Source of the DNA: Bilabrum cf. latius
Lineage: Eukaryota
Direction: 5' to 3'
Length of the DNA: 64,000 bases
Assembly (NCBI GenBank): GCA_965178125.1
Contig: OZ237737.1
Span: forward strand, 1,178,001-1,242,000
Positions within the stretch are counted from its first letter, which is position 1; each line of letters opens with the position of its first letter. The position numbers and the translations under genes are program-made. This document shows, in pieces, positions 36,401 to 49,700 of this stretch. The notes under the pieces were generated by a model. That model searched no databases. It was not told the DNA's origin and worked only from the letters and a program-made list of their open reading frames with translations.

Positions 36401-38821
36401 GGCATTGCTGACAAGACCATTCGTGAGAGACCAGATCTGGCTGGAACCGGTGGCTAGGAAGCAGCATCGCGGAAGTCTTCGTCGAGCTCGTCGGCAGCGG
36501 CTGCCGCTGCCGGAATACCTTCTGTTCCGGCAGTACCGTTCCTTGTGAGTGATGCCGTTGTCCTGAAAGTTGGGACGAATGAGTCGGAGTCGTGCACTGC
36601 ACTGCATGCTTTACACAGCCACAGCAAAGCGCACCGCATTGCGGTCGTGTAGGACCCGAAGCAGGGCCGCACACTGCTCGAGTCCCACCCGAAGCTGCTG
36701 CGGTGTGTCGTGTGCGACAAAAGTGGAGGCGTATCGATCATTGGACGGTCGGGCGTGCTGATTGCTGGCAGTGCAGGCGGCAAGAACGCTCAAGGCAAGG
36801 CAAAGCAAGCGCCCGCTGCGGCTGCGACGGGCATGTTTCTTCGTCCGATCTCCCGGAGTGTGCCCCAAGTGCCGCTGCAGACTAGCACTAGCGAGTCTGC
36901 GCTAGCTCCATTTCGAGAAGACATTGAACGGTGTGAGGTTGCCTGCAACGAGGCGGAAGCTGAGTTGGACGGCATCCGAGAGGCTTTCCAGGCCAACAGC
37001 CAACGGTTGGAGGACTTGTCCAAGCGGGAGGCCCGCTTTCGAGAGCTGCACGAGACGCATCGAGCTGCAGCCGAGCGCTACAAGCAGCAAGTGTCAGCGG
37101 TGAAGGCGGTAGTTTCGAGTGAGAAGAAAGGTCGGGAGAAGCTAATCGAGGACGCGCGGGCGAAAGAGAGGGCTGTGTACGAGCTACGTGGCAAGCTGCA
37201 GCGAGCCAAGAAAGCCACGAGACGCTACAGAGCGGCGCTTGAGGAGCTGGACGGCGAGCTGGCTCCAGTGGAGTACGAGCTGCGAGAGCTGGAGCGCACA
37301 AGCGGGTCTAGGAAGCAAGTGCGGACTTTGCAGCGGCAGGCGCAGGACATTCGTGCAGAGGCGGACGATGCACGCACGGAAGCTCGCACGATCAAGATCG
37401 AGTACGACCGGCTCTTCTCTCGCCGGCAGAAGCGGAAGCTGGAGCTAGCGGAGCGCAAGGACATGGTGGAGAAGGGTGACCTCGTGATCGACCAGGGGTG
37501 GAGGGAGGTGCTCGGCGACGAGTACGACCCGGAAGGCCACGATGAGCGCGAGCAGCCTCCCATGGGAATGGAGGACGAGGAGGCGCCCATCACAAAGGAA
37601 CGACTGCAAGAACGCCTCAGGACTCTGGAGGTGCTCAGGCAGCAGGCCAGGCTCAAGGCAGAGGCGGCGAGGAGGGCTGCCAAAGGCAAAGCTCCTCCCA
37701 AACGGACCACGGACGACATCCTGAGAGCCTACCAGCGCGCTCAGAAGAAGATGGAGGTGAATGAGCAGCAGATCGAAATTGCCACCCGTATGCACCGCAG
37801 GGCCTCAAAGATGCTGAAGGTGCGGCACAAGAACATGCTTCGTCTGGTGGAAGAGGCCCAGCAGATGGTCCGCCTCAAGTTCCGGCAGGTAACCATGAAA
37901 TTTCCGTTCAAGAGGACGGAGCTGATCTGGGCACCGGACGACAAGGACGACCCAACGCAGTGCGGGTGCCTGCACATCGACATCGTTCCGTACGCCAGCG
38001 ACCTTGGAGCAGCAGCGGATGGGCACCCTGACGGTGGCAAGGCTAGTCGGGGGTCTGACGACGACGATGCAGACGAGGACGAGGACGAAGACGAGGGCAA
38101 CGTAGATGATGGCACTGGCCGAGTGAACACTGCTGCTTCGTCGGCAGCCAGCGGTAGTGGGGCGGGTGCAGTTGACTACCACGACGACGAAGGCGAGGAC
38201 GAGTCGGAGGGTTTGCGCGGGAGTTCATCTGCGTCATCTTCTCGCGCGCAAGATGTCGGGCTCAGGCAAGACCACCACATCGAGATAGGCAACAGCAGAA
38301 ACGGCATGAGCGTGCACACGCGCCGCGTGCGAAACTCTGAGACGGTGCTGTCAGGGGGTGAGAAGAGCGCGGTGTCCATCGGTCTCATCATGGCGATGGC
38401 TGCGCAGATTGAGACGCCGCTGCGGCTGCTCGACGAGTTTGACGTGTATCAAGACGAGACCAGCCGGCAGCTGAGCATGCAGGCCTTGCTGCAAGGCGCC
38501 TTCCTGGCCGCCAGCAACGGAAACATCAACGGGCACCAGACGGTGCTGCTGACACCGCACGACGTCAGCTCTGCTCCCATGGATCGGTACCCGCCTGGGT
38601 TTGTGAAGGTCTTTCGGATGCCAGAGCCCAAGAGGGTGGGGGCTGCTGCTGGTGCTGCTGCTGGCACGAACGGAACTGCGAGGGGTGGCGCCGGCAGAGG
38701 CAGAGGCCGTGGTGCTGCGCTGGGGGCAAAGCGAGGTCGCAACGGGCGGGCGGTGGGCGTGGGCGGTGCAGGGGTCGTGGCCCTGGGGCTCGTTGATGAC
38801 GAGGACGAAGAGGAAATGTGA
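33491..38821 (+). CDS. SMC6: SMC6-like structural maintenance of chromosomes protein (~1,730 aa with long acidic insertions)
   Basis: GTILKLTMHNFMCH, Walker A GRNGSGKS, Q-loop DNPITFLTQD, coiled coils, signature LSGGEKS, Walker B/D-loop LLDEFDVYQD, and LLTPHD. One frame through TAGs at 33545, 33830, 34166, 35711, 36455 and 36650. Predicted intron 34497-34634. Ends at TGA. Confidence 0.88.
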
Positions 38822-38918
38822 GTAGTGCTGCTGTTCATGCAGAAAGCACCAACAAGTATGATTACGGGGCGTTCATGCAAATGCAACAACAAATAGTACG
38901 GATGCGTAGCGCAGCGCG

Positions 38919-39683
38919 TCAGCTGGAAGCGCCCCCTCCCGAGTTCGCCTATTCGTCGCTCTGCACTTCATCACTGCCTGTGCCACCATGCGGTCCAACC
39001 TATGCGCTGTCTCCTGTAACAGCTGCCGATCCCGTTCCCTCTGGCTCTTGCGGCCGAACAAGCCCGTCGCTCTCCAGTGCGCTGAGGTCCAAACCTCTAC
39101 CGTATCGATCATGCAAGGCCTGCATGCTCTTGACGAATGCAGCATCGCGTTCCTTGGCTAGTTGTTCCAGTTCTGTCCGCCTTTTCTCGATATGTTCTTG
39201 CGCTTGCCTTCGATGAGCTTGGATTGAAGCACCAAGCGCTGCCGCCTCTTCCTGCTCTGCCCCAGCAGCTACTTTTAGACGATCTGTCGCAAGTTTTACT
39301 ACGATGTGTGCATGAGAAGGGGAAATTAAGTAGTGCTGATGCAAATACCAGCTTTGGTGCGCCTAACAGACCGGTAGAGGATACGATAGTCTGAACTCAC
39401 GATTCTCAAGGATAGACTCCAGCGGTGGGGCTGGTTTCTGACCTTCATCACATGGCAGGCCATCCAAGCCATCAGCAGGCCGAGGGTTGATGCCACCTTG
39501 ATACTTAGACCCCTCGATGTCAATACCGCCGAGGTGAGCACAACCTTCCAAAAACACGGAATCCTAGTAAACCTGTCGCCTGCCAAAATTCGATACAGCA
39601 CCGTCCAGAACGCCATCAAACCTAGCAGAATGATCAAATACTAACTTGGAGGCAGCTGTGGCACTCGCAATCACACTCTCCAT
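38919..39683 (-). CDS. Small coiled-coil protein (220 aa), resembles BLOC-1 subunit 5 (Muted)
   Basis: Exons 39401-39683 and 38919-39298 (intron 39299-39400, GTGAGT...CGTAG). TAGs at 39564, 39000 and 38949; TGA end. The pattern LVFDH...G....V.NFGRR...LESILENLKLATDRL...KSMQALHDRY resembles Muted by eye; not verified by search. Confidence 0.6.
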
Positions 39684-39803
39684 GTCAAGCAATCCCGCTG
39701 AAATGTTCAGTAGGATTTAATTCAGTTTTTCAAATAAATATCATACCTTACAATAAGCAGGGCGCGACGTCACGAACTCAGAATCCTTCCCTCATCCCTG
39801 GTC
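39684..39803. promoter_or_regulatory. Putative bidirectional promoter (120 bp between divergent ATGs)
   Basis: Lies between ATG 39683 (-) and ATG 39804 (+). Contains an AT-rich core (ggatttaattcagttttttcaaataaatatcatac) and a CRE-like CGACGTCA at 39765-39772. Confidence 0.5.
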
Positions 39804-42800
39804 ATGAAGGGATTGCTAGGTCTGCTAGCCTCGCTCTACTGCACAACGCATGTGCTGGCCATTGAGCCACAGCCAGTCAAGCCAGTGAGTCGCCCTGTGT
39901 GGCAGCTTGGCCTCGACAGTTGCACTACCGAGTCGTTCTTGTACTTCCCCTTACGTTTGATGCGTCTCTCTTCGCGGTTACACGCAGGAGCCGCTGCCCG
40001 GGGCTGTTGTCATCTCATCTGACAAGAAGGCGCGATTCACAATTCTCACGGATTGCCTCGTGCGGATGGAGCAAGCCAAAGACGCTGGGACGTTCGAAGA
40101 TCGCCCGACACTCGCCGTGATTGATCGCCAGCACCAGGCCCAGTTCAAGAGTGGCGAAGCCGATAGCGTTCTTACTATTGATACTGCATGCCTGACGCTG
40201 AAGTACAAGGTCGGGTCTGCCGACTTCACGGATGCAGGCGCGCTCCAGGCCGTCTCGGCGGAAGGACGGAGCCCGGCTTGGAGCTGGTCCGCCGCAGATG
40301 ACGGTCTGGTGGCCCCAGACAATCTTCTCGGAACCATTCGGTCGCGTGAGTAGCTGATGTCGTGCCTTTCATTTTCGGCGCTATTGTGGTTCTGGTTTGT
40401 CGACAGCTCGCTCGAGATCCATTGCATACCCTGTCGCAGTTGACCAGATCGAGACCGTGTCTTTGAACTGCACCGAGAACGCGGGAATGATGGTCCACGG
40501 GGAGAGCCTGCACTGCGTGTGGGCGCCGTTCAGCCGCAGCGGGTGGCACGTGATCGACGACACCAACACGACCATCCTGGACGACAAGGACTGGGTGACG
40601 AACGACACGAACAGCAACGCGTTCGACTGGTACCTCTTCGGCCACGGGCACAGGTACACCACCGCCATCAACGACCTCAACCTGATCAGCGGCACCAACC
40701 CCCTGCTGCCCAAGTACAGCCTCGGGGTCATGTTCAGCCGATGGTTCGACGTCTCGTTCGGGGACGCACGCAGGCTGATCGAGGACGGTTACGCGAGCAG
40801 GGGCATCCCCATCGACGTCTGGATCACGGACATGGACTGGCACCGACCCTACCTGGCGCCCCCGGGGCAGGACTGGACGGGGTGGACGTTCGACCGCAAC
40901 CTGTACCGCTTCCCTCAGGACTTTTTCGACTACATCTCGGACAAGAAGCTCGGGTTCTCTCTGAACATCCACGACGCAGAGGGCGTGGACAGCGATAACC
41001 TGAGGTACGCAGAGATGGCGAAGGCCAACGGGATCGACCCGTCCACCAACCAGACGGTGGCAGCCCGCTTCGACGACCAGACCTACATGGAGTCACTGGA
41101 GGACATCATGCTGCAGCCCTTCCAGCTTGCCGTGGGCAACAGGTGGTCCCCCTGGAGGGACTGGCAGCAGGGCGGGCACACGGACGTGTCCACCTACAAC
41201 CTCAACCCCACTATCTGGCTGAACCACGCCTCGTGCACCAACAACTACCGCAGAGGGCAGAACTGGAGGGCCTGGACCCTGGCCCGGTACGGTGGGTACG
41301 GGAACCAGCGGTACCCCACTGGCTTTTCTGGGGACGTTCGCCACTCTTGGACCTCTCTGCAGTTCCAGGTGTACTTTAGCACGACTGCCTCCAGCGTCTC
41401 GTATTAGTGGTCCAACGACATCGTCGGCGAGGCCGGCAACTCGGACGACAAGCAGGAGCTGCACACCCGCTGGGTGCAGTGGGGCGCCTACAGCGCGCTC
41501 TTCCGCACGCACGACGCGGGGGGTGCCGTCGGAGGATGCGCAGACCAGGGAGGCTGCGAGGTGGTGGAGCTGTGGGACGCAAAGAGCCGCTTCTTCGAGG
41601 CGAACCGCGCTGCCGTGGCCGCCCGCCTCGCCCTGCAGCCCACGTGGTACACTCTGAACCAGCAGTCCACCGAGACGGGCGTGATGCCCATCCGACCCAT
41701 GTACTTGACCTACCCCGAGCAGGACTCTAGCTACTCCCAGTACGTGCGCAACTCGCAGTTCATGGTGGGCGACAACATCCTGGTAAGCCCCGTCACTGCG
41801 CAGTCTTCTGCCGAGACGCTCGTCGCCAACTGGAGCGTGTGGCTGCCCAACGAGACGTACTGGTACGACCAGGTGGGTGGGCTCATGATCGATCCCATGG
41901 CTGCCGAAGCTGCCGAGAAGGCGCAGCGGGGCCTGCGTGGCAGCGACCGTTCCAGCGACGACGGCATCGCTAATATCACCGCGGCGTATGCCCTCCACGA
42001 GATCCCCGTGTTCTTCCGCGGGGGTTCGGTGGTGGCCCGCATCCCTTACGACCACAGGGACGTGGTCGCCGTGGCGCGCAAGGACTACACTCACCTCATC
42101 TTCGACGTGTATCCCGGGGGCAGCGAGGGCCAAGCCACGGTGTACGAGGACGACGGGGAGACGCTGGACTATTCCAACGGCACGTCCGCGGTGACCCAGG
42201 CGACCTACACGACGGCTCCGGCCGCGGACTCGATGCAGAACACCACGCTCAAGGTCCGCACCACGGGGGAGTACCCCGGCCTCCCCAAGTCACGGGCCTA
42301 CACTGCACGCTTCGTGATGAGCTACCCTCCCGTGTCCGTCAAGGTCGATGGGCAAGACGCTGCGTACAGCCGGTTTGGCTGCAAGGCGGACAGCGCGCAG
42401 GCCGCTGATTTGTCTACCTGCTGGGGCTACGACGGCGACAGCCTGACGCTGACGGTGACGGCCGCAGGCAAACAGACCGTGGAGGGTGCTTCCATCGAGG
42501 TGATCGCGCCCGCGGTGAGCGGTGACCCCGTGGAAGACCCGATAAACGGCGCTGCCGGGGCCATCCAGAGGGCCATCTACGTCAAGCAGAACGTGCTCGA
42601 CCCTGAGATCCGGCCCGGGGACTGCAAGAAGTACCTGTACCAGGTGGAGCGCCTCGCCACCACTGGCGATGCACTGTCCTACCTGGCGCAGCCAGGCTCC
42701 GCTGGCAGCCCTTCGGACTTTGCCGCCACGCTTGCAGGGATCCCAGATTTGCTCGCAGAGTCGCTCTCTGCCGTACAGAGCCTGCCATCGCATGACATCA

Positions 42801-42856
42801 ACGTCACCCGGCAGGCCCACGCGGAGGCTCTGCTGGCTTCTGCCCACGGTTTCTGA
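39804..42856 (+). CDS. Secreted glycoside hydrolase family 31 (GH31_u1-like alpha-glucosidase), ~950 aa
   Basis: Signal peptide MKGLLGLLASLYCTTHVLA; introns 39885-39987 and 40346-40439. Motifs ARFTILT..LVRME..FEDRPT, DWYLFGHG, GIPIDVWITDMDWH, WRDWQQG (nucleophile), RYPTGFSGD (acid/base), ELHTRWVQWG, VYEDDG. One TAG at 41405 inside SVSY*WSNDIVG. Ends TGA TGA. Confidence 0.92.
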
Positions 42857-43747
42857 TGAAAACTCATTGTGCTCGATCCCAACACACTCATGCCGTGTAC
42901 TTATAATCATTTAGCTGCACACTTGGCTCCGCGACGACCCTATGAAACGTGTTATTTGCTGTCCAAAGCAAAACTGGGTTTCGAAACCAAAGGTACACGT
43001 AACCGATAGAACCCTATTTTGCGGCCTTTGGCCTGAAAGGGTCGGGGGTCTTGTAGTTCTTGTTTTAGGGCTCCTCTGGATCTAGGTGATCACCCAAACC
43101 CCTTGGGGGGCGACGGTGCATCTGGGTGCTTATGGAATCTTTACCCAACAATGCATTTCTGTATTTCTGTATTTTGCGACCACTGGCACTTTGCTTCAGT
43201 CGCAGTAACTCTATCCCAAGGGCGCTTTCTTGGCCACTGTAGGGCATCTCTACAAGTGGTTGTGCCCAGATACTATTGGAATCAATATTCTTTTGTCCTG
43301 AGGAGGATCAATTTGGATAAATCAAGCTAAGGTGAGCGAATCTCGTGCAGACTCGAGCTTTGTACGTCATCGATTGCTAGGTGCGAATCTACTGCCAAAA
43401 GCTCAGTTTTCTATTATTCGCTAAAGTGGAATCGGAGAAATCCCGATGATAGTGCTCCATTCAGCCTCTAGGAATGAACTCGACAGCCTGTTGCAGTTCA
43501 TCAGCTTGCTTGCGGCTCAATCTTTGTCCCCATGTTCTTGCCAGCCACCAGCGTGCATGGTTAGCGCTATCACTTGTGCTGAACTTTTTGAACAAGTCTC
43601 CGTCTTGTGAGCAGCAGCCGCCGCTCGTTTTACTGTTGGGAGTCCAGTGTCTGTTTGCAACACCTGTTCGCAGTGCTTGTTGGCAACACCTGTGTGCATC
43701 TACTTTGCGCATCACAACAGGCCCTGTCGATGTCGAGATCAACACAG

Positions 43748-46700
43748 ATGCTAGCGCCAACTGCGAGAAATGACGCACGTTGCTCCTCTAGGGCTTTTTT
43801 GCTATTCGTATGCGCAACTGTCTTGCTCACGCGATGGAGTATGGGTGACAGAGGCTGCTTTCCCCATACGAATACAGGAATTCTTAACTGCTGCAGCGGA
43901 GATAGCTTAATACTGGATACAGATGCATGCACAGCTTGCTCCGGTTCGGCGCCCACTTGCAGGAGTGGATCAGGCATTGACGGCGGATTTTGCACGTTTT
44001 CGCTTGACGAAATTGTCATTGCCCCTGGTACTAACGTAAGATTTGAAGGATTTAGGTGTCAGTATCTATGTTTCTTGTACATGATCCCAAAGCTGCCGAT
44101 TCGTGTCACGGCTCCGTCGGTCTTCCGCAGGTTCAGCTCAAAGGCAGGAAAGGACTGCATTTACAAGGAAGGAATGGAATACACCTCGACGGGGGCATAT
44201 GGAACTTCACTGCTCCCTACAAGGACATCACCGTATCAGCCGAAAAGTTTGGAAATGTAGCCCAGTCCTAGGCCTTGGCATGTAACGGCAAGACGTACCA
44301 AAGCGCCAGACTGGGTATACTTGGCGGTATGGATGGGGGGTACGCGACAGGATACAGCGGAGACACCACCATTCGGCACTCCCACCAAGTATCAGGGCGA
44401 ACATCAGCTCAATAGCCCTAGAGCGTCTAGTTTACTCCGGCCGAGGGAGCGTACGCCTCCAGCTGGACTTCGAGCGGCGTTCCCTCCTAGGCGTCAGCCC
44501 TCCAGCAGTACCCTGGAGCGGCAGGCGGATCCAGGGGTGGTTTCGGTGGAGTCTCGCAGCTAGCAGGTTCTTTCAAGTCCAAGCGCGCCACCAAGTTTAC
44601 CAAAACGCGCGGTGGCACAGGCGGGGGCGGAGGCCTCTCAGTGGACCGGTTCATCACCACGGCAGGCGGCAACAGGATTATCGCGCTAAAGGGCTACGAC
44701 GACGAGCGATACTGCGTGCCGGCGCACGGCGGGGCAGGGGGTGGAGTCATGAAGCTCCACTCTAGCCATGGAGACGTCTATATTGGTCGAGCGCAGATGA
44801 GTTTCGATGGCGCCAATGTCTACGCTCCCGGGGTGGCCGGTGGCGGAAGCGGCGGAACCTTGCAGATCTGGATGCCAGGGAGTGCCAAGGTGATTATCTC
44901 CAAGGAGGCTCGTCTTACGTTCCGTGGGGGGTACACGCGAGCCACGCCGCCCAACGTGTGGACTGGTGCCACTGGCGAAGACGCCCTAGGCGGAGGTGGC
45001 GTTCTGGAGATCATGAGGATCTCCTGGTCTACGGGCGGCAAGCTAGAGGTGCGACTTCTCCCTTCAAATATTGACATGTCGTCGGGGGCGTACATGTGTC
45101 CCAGTGCCACAGACCCAAGCATCACGGGCCCTCAGCACTGCGACTGCTCGGCCGCAGTGTGCGGGTACGAGGACGGCAAAATCGACATCATTCGAGACAA
45201 TTGGGCCGGCAACCTCGCAGGATCCAGCGTGGGTGACGTGCGGCTCACCGCTGCAGAGGTCCCCGATACCATCGCAAACGTGCTCAACGGCGTGCAGGAC
45301 ACATGCATTCAGCCGCGGATGACTCTGCTGACGGGAGGCAACGTGCCGAGCTCCTACTCACCCGCCACGGGTTGTTGCTACGACCCTGCTGGGGGCCAGG
45401 AGATGCGCATCCGCGTCAGCACGCTTCGCGGAGAAACTTGGACGCACGACTTGACGAAAGACGTGGAGGTGTTCGCTGCCGGGATTTCTATCCCGTCGAG
45501 CGACATCTCGACCACTGGGGTGCAGGGATCGTCTGCCGCAGCGACGCGGTTCGACGCTGTCATCAAGCTGCCAGCCATCCACGGAAGCAACATGAACGTG
45601 TCTGTGCGCACAACGTACGGAGGGCAGAAGCGCATGTACACCGTCGATAATGCTTTCTCGACCACTCTGCCGTCGGTGGATGCAGGCATCGTGAACGCGC
45701 CTCCCGTGCATCTGCGTTGGACCAACATGACGGCAGAGCCTTACCAGTGGAGCTTCATCCTCAAAGGCAACAATTTCGGGGCCAGGGACAACGACTAGGT
45801 GGAGATCACCGTGGGTGGACAGCCATGCATGCGCACCCGCGTACTGAACTCGACCCACGCGCAGTGCTGGCCGAGCAGCGACGTGGGAGAGGACAGGCCC
45901 GTCGTGCTCAAGGCAGGGGATCGGACTGCAGGCGGAGCATCGAACACCATCGACTTTGCGCCGCCTATCATGTTTGCGGTGCAACGTGCCAGCAACGAGG
46001 ACCATGCGCGTGGAAGGTACCACAAGGTGAACGGCGGCACTGACGTGTTGATCAAAGGCGTCAACTTCGGAGTGTCCATGTGGTCCGACGACGAAAGTCG
46101 TGGGTACAAGTTCCAAGAGAACATGCTGAGTCAAGCTCACATCGACATTGCTTACACCTATCGGACGGTGCCTGGCCAAACTTCTGTGCGTCACGTAGCT
46201 TGCCACAACATGCGCTACTACAATGATCGGCAAATCGGCTGTAGGCTCTTACAAGGAGCCCATTACATAGATGGGTTTAGGCTCAGGTATCAACGGAGCG
46301 GGGCGTATGTGTATCCTAAATCGTAGCAGTTTTACTGGAGCTACGATGGAGTTGATGTTCGAGACGTTCTGCAATCCATCGAGCCAGGAAGCGGCGACGA
46401 GTGGCACTCGATTGGGCTCGATGGAAGCAAGTGGTCCGACATCTTCCAGGGCAGCCGGATCGATGGGGTCATCCCCGCGCTGAATTTCTCGCAGGTGCAG
46501 ATGACGAGCATTTCGGAAGGTTCGAATTCTATTTATTGCAAGCTGGACCCGACGGATACCTCCGGGGGAGTGCTTCGATTGCGGGGATCCAGCGTTCCGC
46601 ACGTCTAGGCCAGGGGCTCCGATTTTGGCTAGCGAAATGCCCCGGACAGAAATGCCATACGATTCCGCCATGGCTCTCAGGCCTCTGCGGTTACCGTACT

Positions 46701-49700
46701 GAGTCGTGACAATGCAGGAAGTGACGTGAGGATTCGACTGCCCCAAGGGACGGGTGGACCCAGGCCATTTACGACGTACTACGAGCACATGGAGCCTAAG
46801 TGGTTCTGCCAGGTTGGCTACGAGCCACCTGTCATCACAGGGGTCACCTTGTCGGGTTCGTCGACGTTTAGTCTTGCGGCTGCCGGTGATCAGACTCTTC
46901 AGATTGCTGGGAGAGAGTTTGGCATGGACACCACTGCAACCACTGACGGCACGCTAGCTGCTAGCAAGGCGAACGTATTGCTTGGAGATCGCCCGTGCGC
47001 ATCTGTGATCCGGGACTCGACCACAACTCTGCGGTGCATTACTCCAGCTGGGGTCGGGGGACCGTTCAGAGTCAAGGTTACCGTGGATGGACAGACAACG
47101 GCTCAGACCAACTTCAGAGTGAGTTACAACGCCATCACAATTTCCTCCGTGTAGCCCAACACGGCGTACGCTGTGGAAGACAAGTCTACCTCTTTCATCG
47201 TGACGGGGTCCAACATGGCTGTGGCAACCCGCATGTCGGAGCTGCAGATTCAAGTCGGCGGTGTCAGCTGCGAGAACGTCACGGCGTACACGGTTGATAA
47301 CGGCGGGGTTGCGTCAGCTGTCGACTGCCGAATCAACGGTACAAGGTTGCGACAGGTATCAGGCAAGACTGTAGCAGCCACGGTGAACGGTATGTCCGCC
47401 ACGTTTGCATCTGGCGTACTCATTTATGGCTCACCAAGCATTGAGCTAATCGGTGGGGGGTTTGCCGGCACGGACACCAATACGACTGTGCAGATTCGGG
47501 GACGAAGTCTGGGAAGGTCATCAGCAAACATCAAGTCCGTGAAGATCGGAACGTTTCCGTGCGTTGATGTCGACATGCAGGAGCAGACAGACGTGCAGGA
47601 CAACCGGTAGGAGTTCACGTGCGTGCTGCAAGGCGGGGCAGGGACCGATCACGACATTGTTGTGGAGCTAGTGGAAGGCGGGTCTGCGGCAGCCTCTGGG
47701 GTGTTCTCGTTTCAACCGCCTACTTTGGTATCTGTCACCCCCGATGAGTCCAGTATCGGCGCTTTCTTTGCAGATTTTGTCATTTTTGGGTCAGACTTCA
47801 GCTCGCAGGAGTTTGGACTTCTTCCATCCGCCATTACAGTTGGAGGTTCGCCATGTGGCTCGCTTGAGCTCTATAACTCGAGTGCAATTGGATGTCTAAA
47901 CGTCAGTGCGAATGCCTTTTCGGAATCTGGGGTATCAGTTACGTTTGGCGGCTAGACGACCACAGCTGGTGGAATTTTCACGTTCGTTGGAGCGCCTAGG
48001 GTAGACGGATCCCAGCCTGCTACCGGTAGCGTAAATGGCGGGTACAACTTGACTTTGACTGGCGAGAACCTTCCATCTGTGCGGACAGAATTGCTTTCGT
48101 TCACTGTTGGTGGTCGCCCGTGCATCGAGGTTTACCTGAACCCCTCTGGAGAAGACATCGTGTGCATGGTCCCGCCAGGTGTCGGGGCGGTCGTGGATGT
48201 CATCGTGGTCGCGGTTCGAAACGGTGCCCAGCTGCGCGCTGGCGGTTCTGGGTTGTTTCGGTATGATCCGCCATCAATTTCTTCCATCGTGCCCAGGTAT
48301 GTGCTCGTGGGACCTCAAACGTTGCAGTTTGTTATTCTGGGGTCCAATCTCGGAGTGAGGAACGTATCGGGTGCTACTCCGGAGATCATGGTGGCCGGCG
48401 TCTAGTGCTCGAGCATTGAGGTGCTGAACAGCTCGGCCGTGCTTTGTGGCACTTGGTCGAGAGAGGGCGATGCTGAGTACTCGACCAATGCTGTGATCCT
48501 ATCCGTTGGTCAGGTGAGTGCCCGCAACACAGAGGTGCTCTCAGTTGTGAGCCGTCCAATCGTGTCAGCTGTGTCACCAGCCAGTGGGCCCACGCGAGGC
48601 AGTACGCAGGTTGCTGTCACTGGGACTGGGCTTGGCTTCAGCGGGGCGCAGGATGTGCAATTCGTGAGCATTGGCGGTCGCTCGTGCACCAATATTCAGC
48701 TTATTTCACCAACCTGGGTGAGCTGCCGCACGCCGTCAGGTGCGGGGCGAGGCAAAGACGTCTAGCTGACGAGTTCTACGGGTGTCATCTCGACCGGAGG
48801 GGTCGGTCTGTTCGATTACAACCCGCCGACCATTCGCGCTGTCAGTCCCAAGCATGTGCTGACTTCGCCGGATGAAAGCACGACTTACAATATCACCATC
48901 ATTGGAGAGAATCTGGCCGCTCCTGCAGCTGGGAAGGTGCCATCACAGGTAGTTGCTGCTGGGCTTTCGTGTAGCAGCGTCACTGTCCTCAATGAGAGCG
49001 CGGTGCGATGCAACAGCGTTCCAGCTAGTGATTGGCCAAGCAGTGTAATATCTGTAGAGATAGAGCAACAGGTCGTTACTTCGCGCGATACCGATACTTT
49101 TCGGGCTTTCAGGTCACCGTCGGTCGCAGCTGTTGTACCAGCAGAAGCGGTGAGCCGGGGCCGGCTCAACGTCACTGTGATCGGGGCGGAATTTGGCTCC
49201 GGCCAAGGTGATATTGCAGCAATTTACGTTGGAAGTACGGCGTGCCTGGCGCATTACTTTGTGTCTGATAGCATCCTTACCTGCGTGTTGCCACCCGGCA
49301 TTGGTCAGGACCATGAGGTGGTTGTCGAGAATTCGCTGGGGCTTCGCAGCTCAGACGGGGCCTTGTTTTCATACTCGTCCCCTTTAATTCACTCAATCGA
49401 GCCCGGAAGGTCTTTGGAAGGCGACGCTTTCACCGATTTGATGATCAGGGGCGAGAACCTGGGTGCGGTTGCTGCAACTGCGGGCCCCGCCAGGTCGCTC
49501 CGTGACCTTCGTGGTCCTTGGGTTGACATTGAAAGATGCGAGAACGAGACCGTGGTGCGACAGAAGGAGACTTGCGTGAACCGATCGCAGATTGCCCTAG
49601 GCCTCCCTTGCGACAGCGGAACACCGCTCACCAGCAGTATGGCCTGCGTCAACGGCAGCATCGTTGCCGACAACTCCACCTTGTTTCTAGATACGGTATG

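Noticed and set aside
42854-42859. Tandem stop TGATGA as a general backup-termination signal
   Set aside because: Not seen immediately after the other termini I checked; too few cases to support a claim.
42857-43729. Small gene between GH31 and the IPT giant
   Set aside because: Only short AT-richer ORFs without motifs. A GTGAG donor near 43332 might belong to a UTR intron, but I could build no model.
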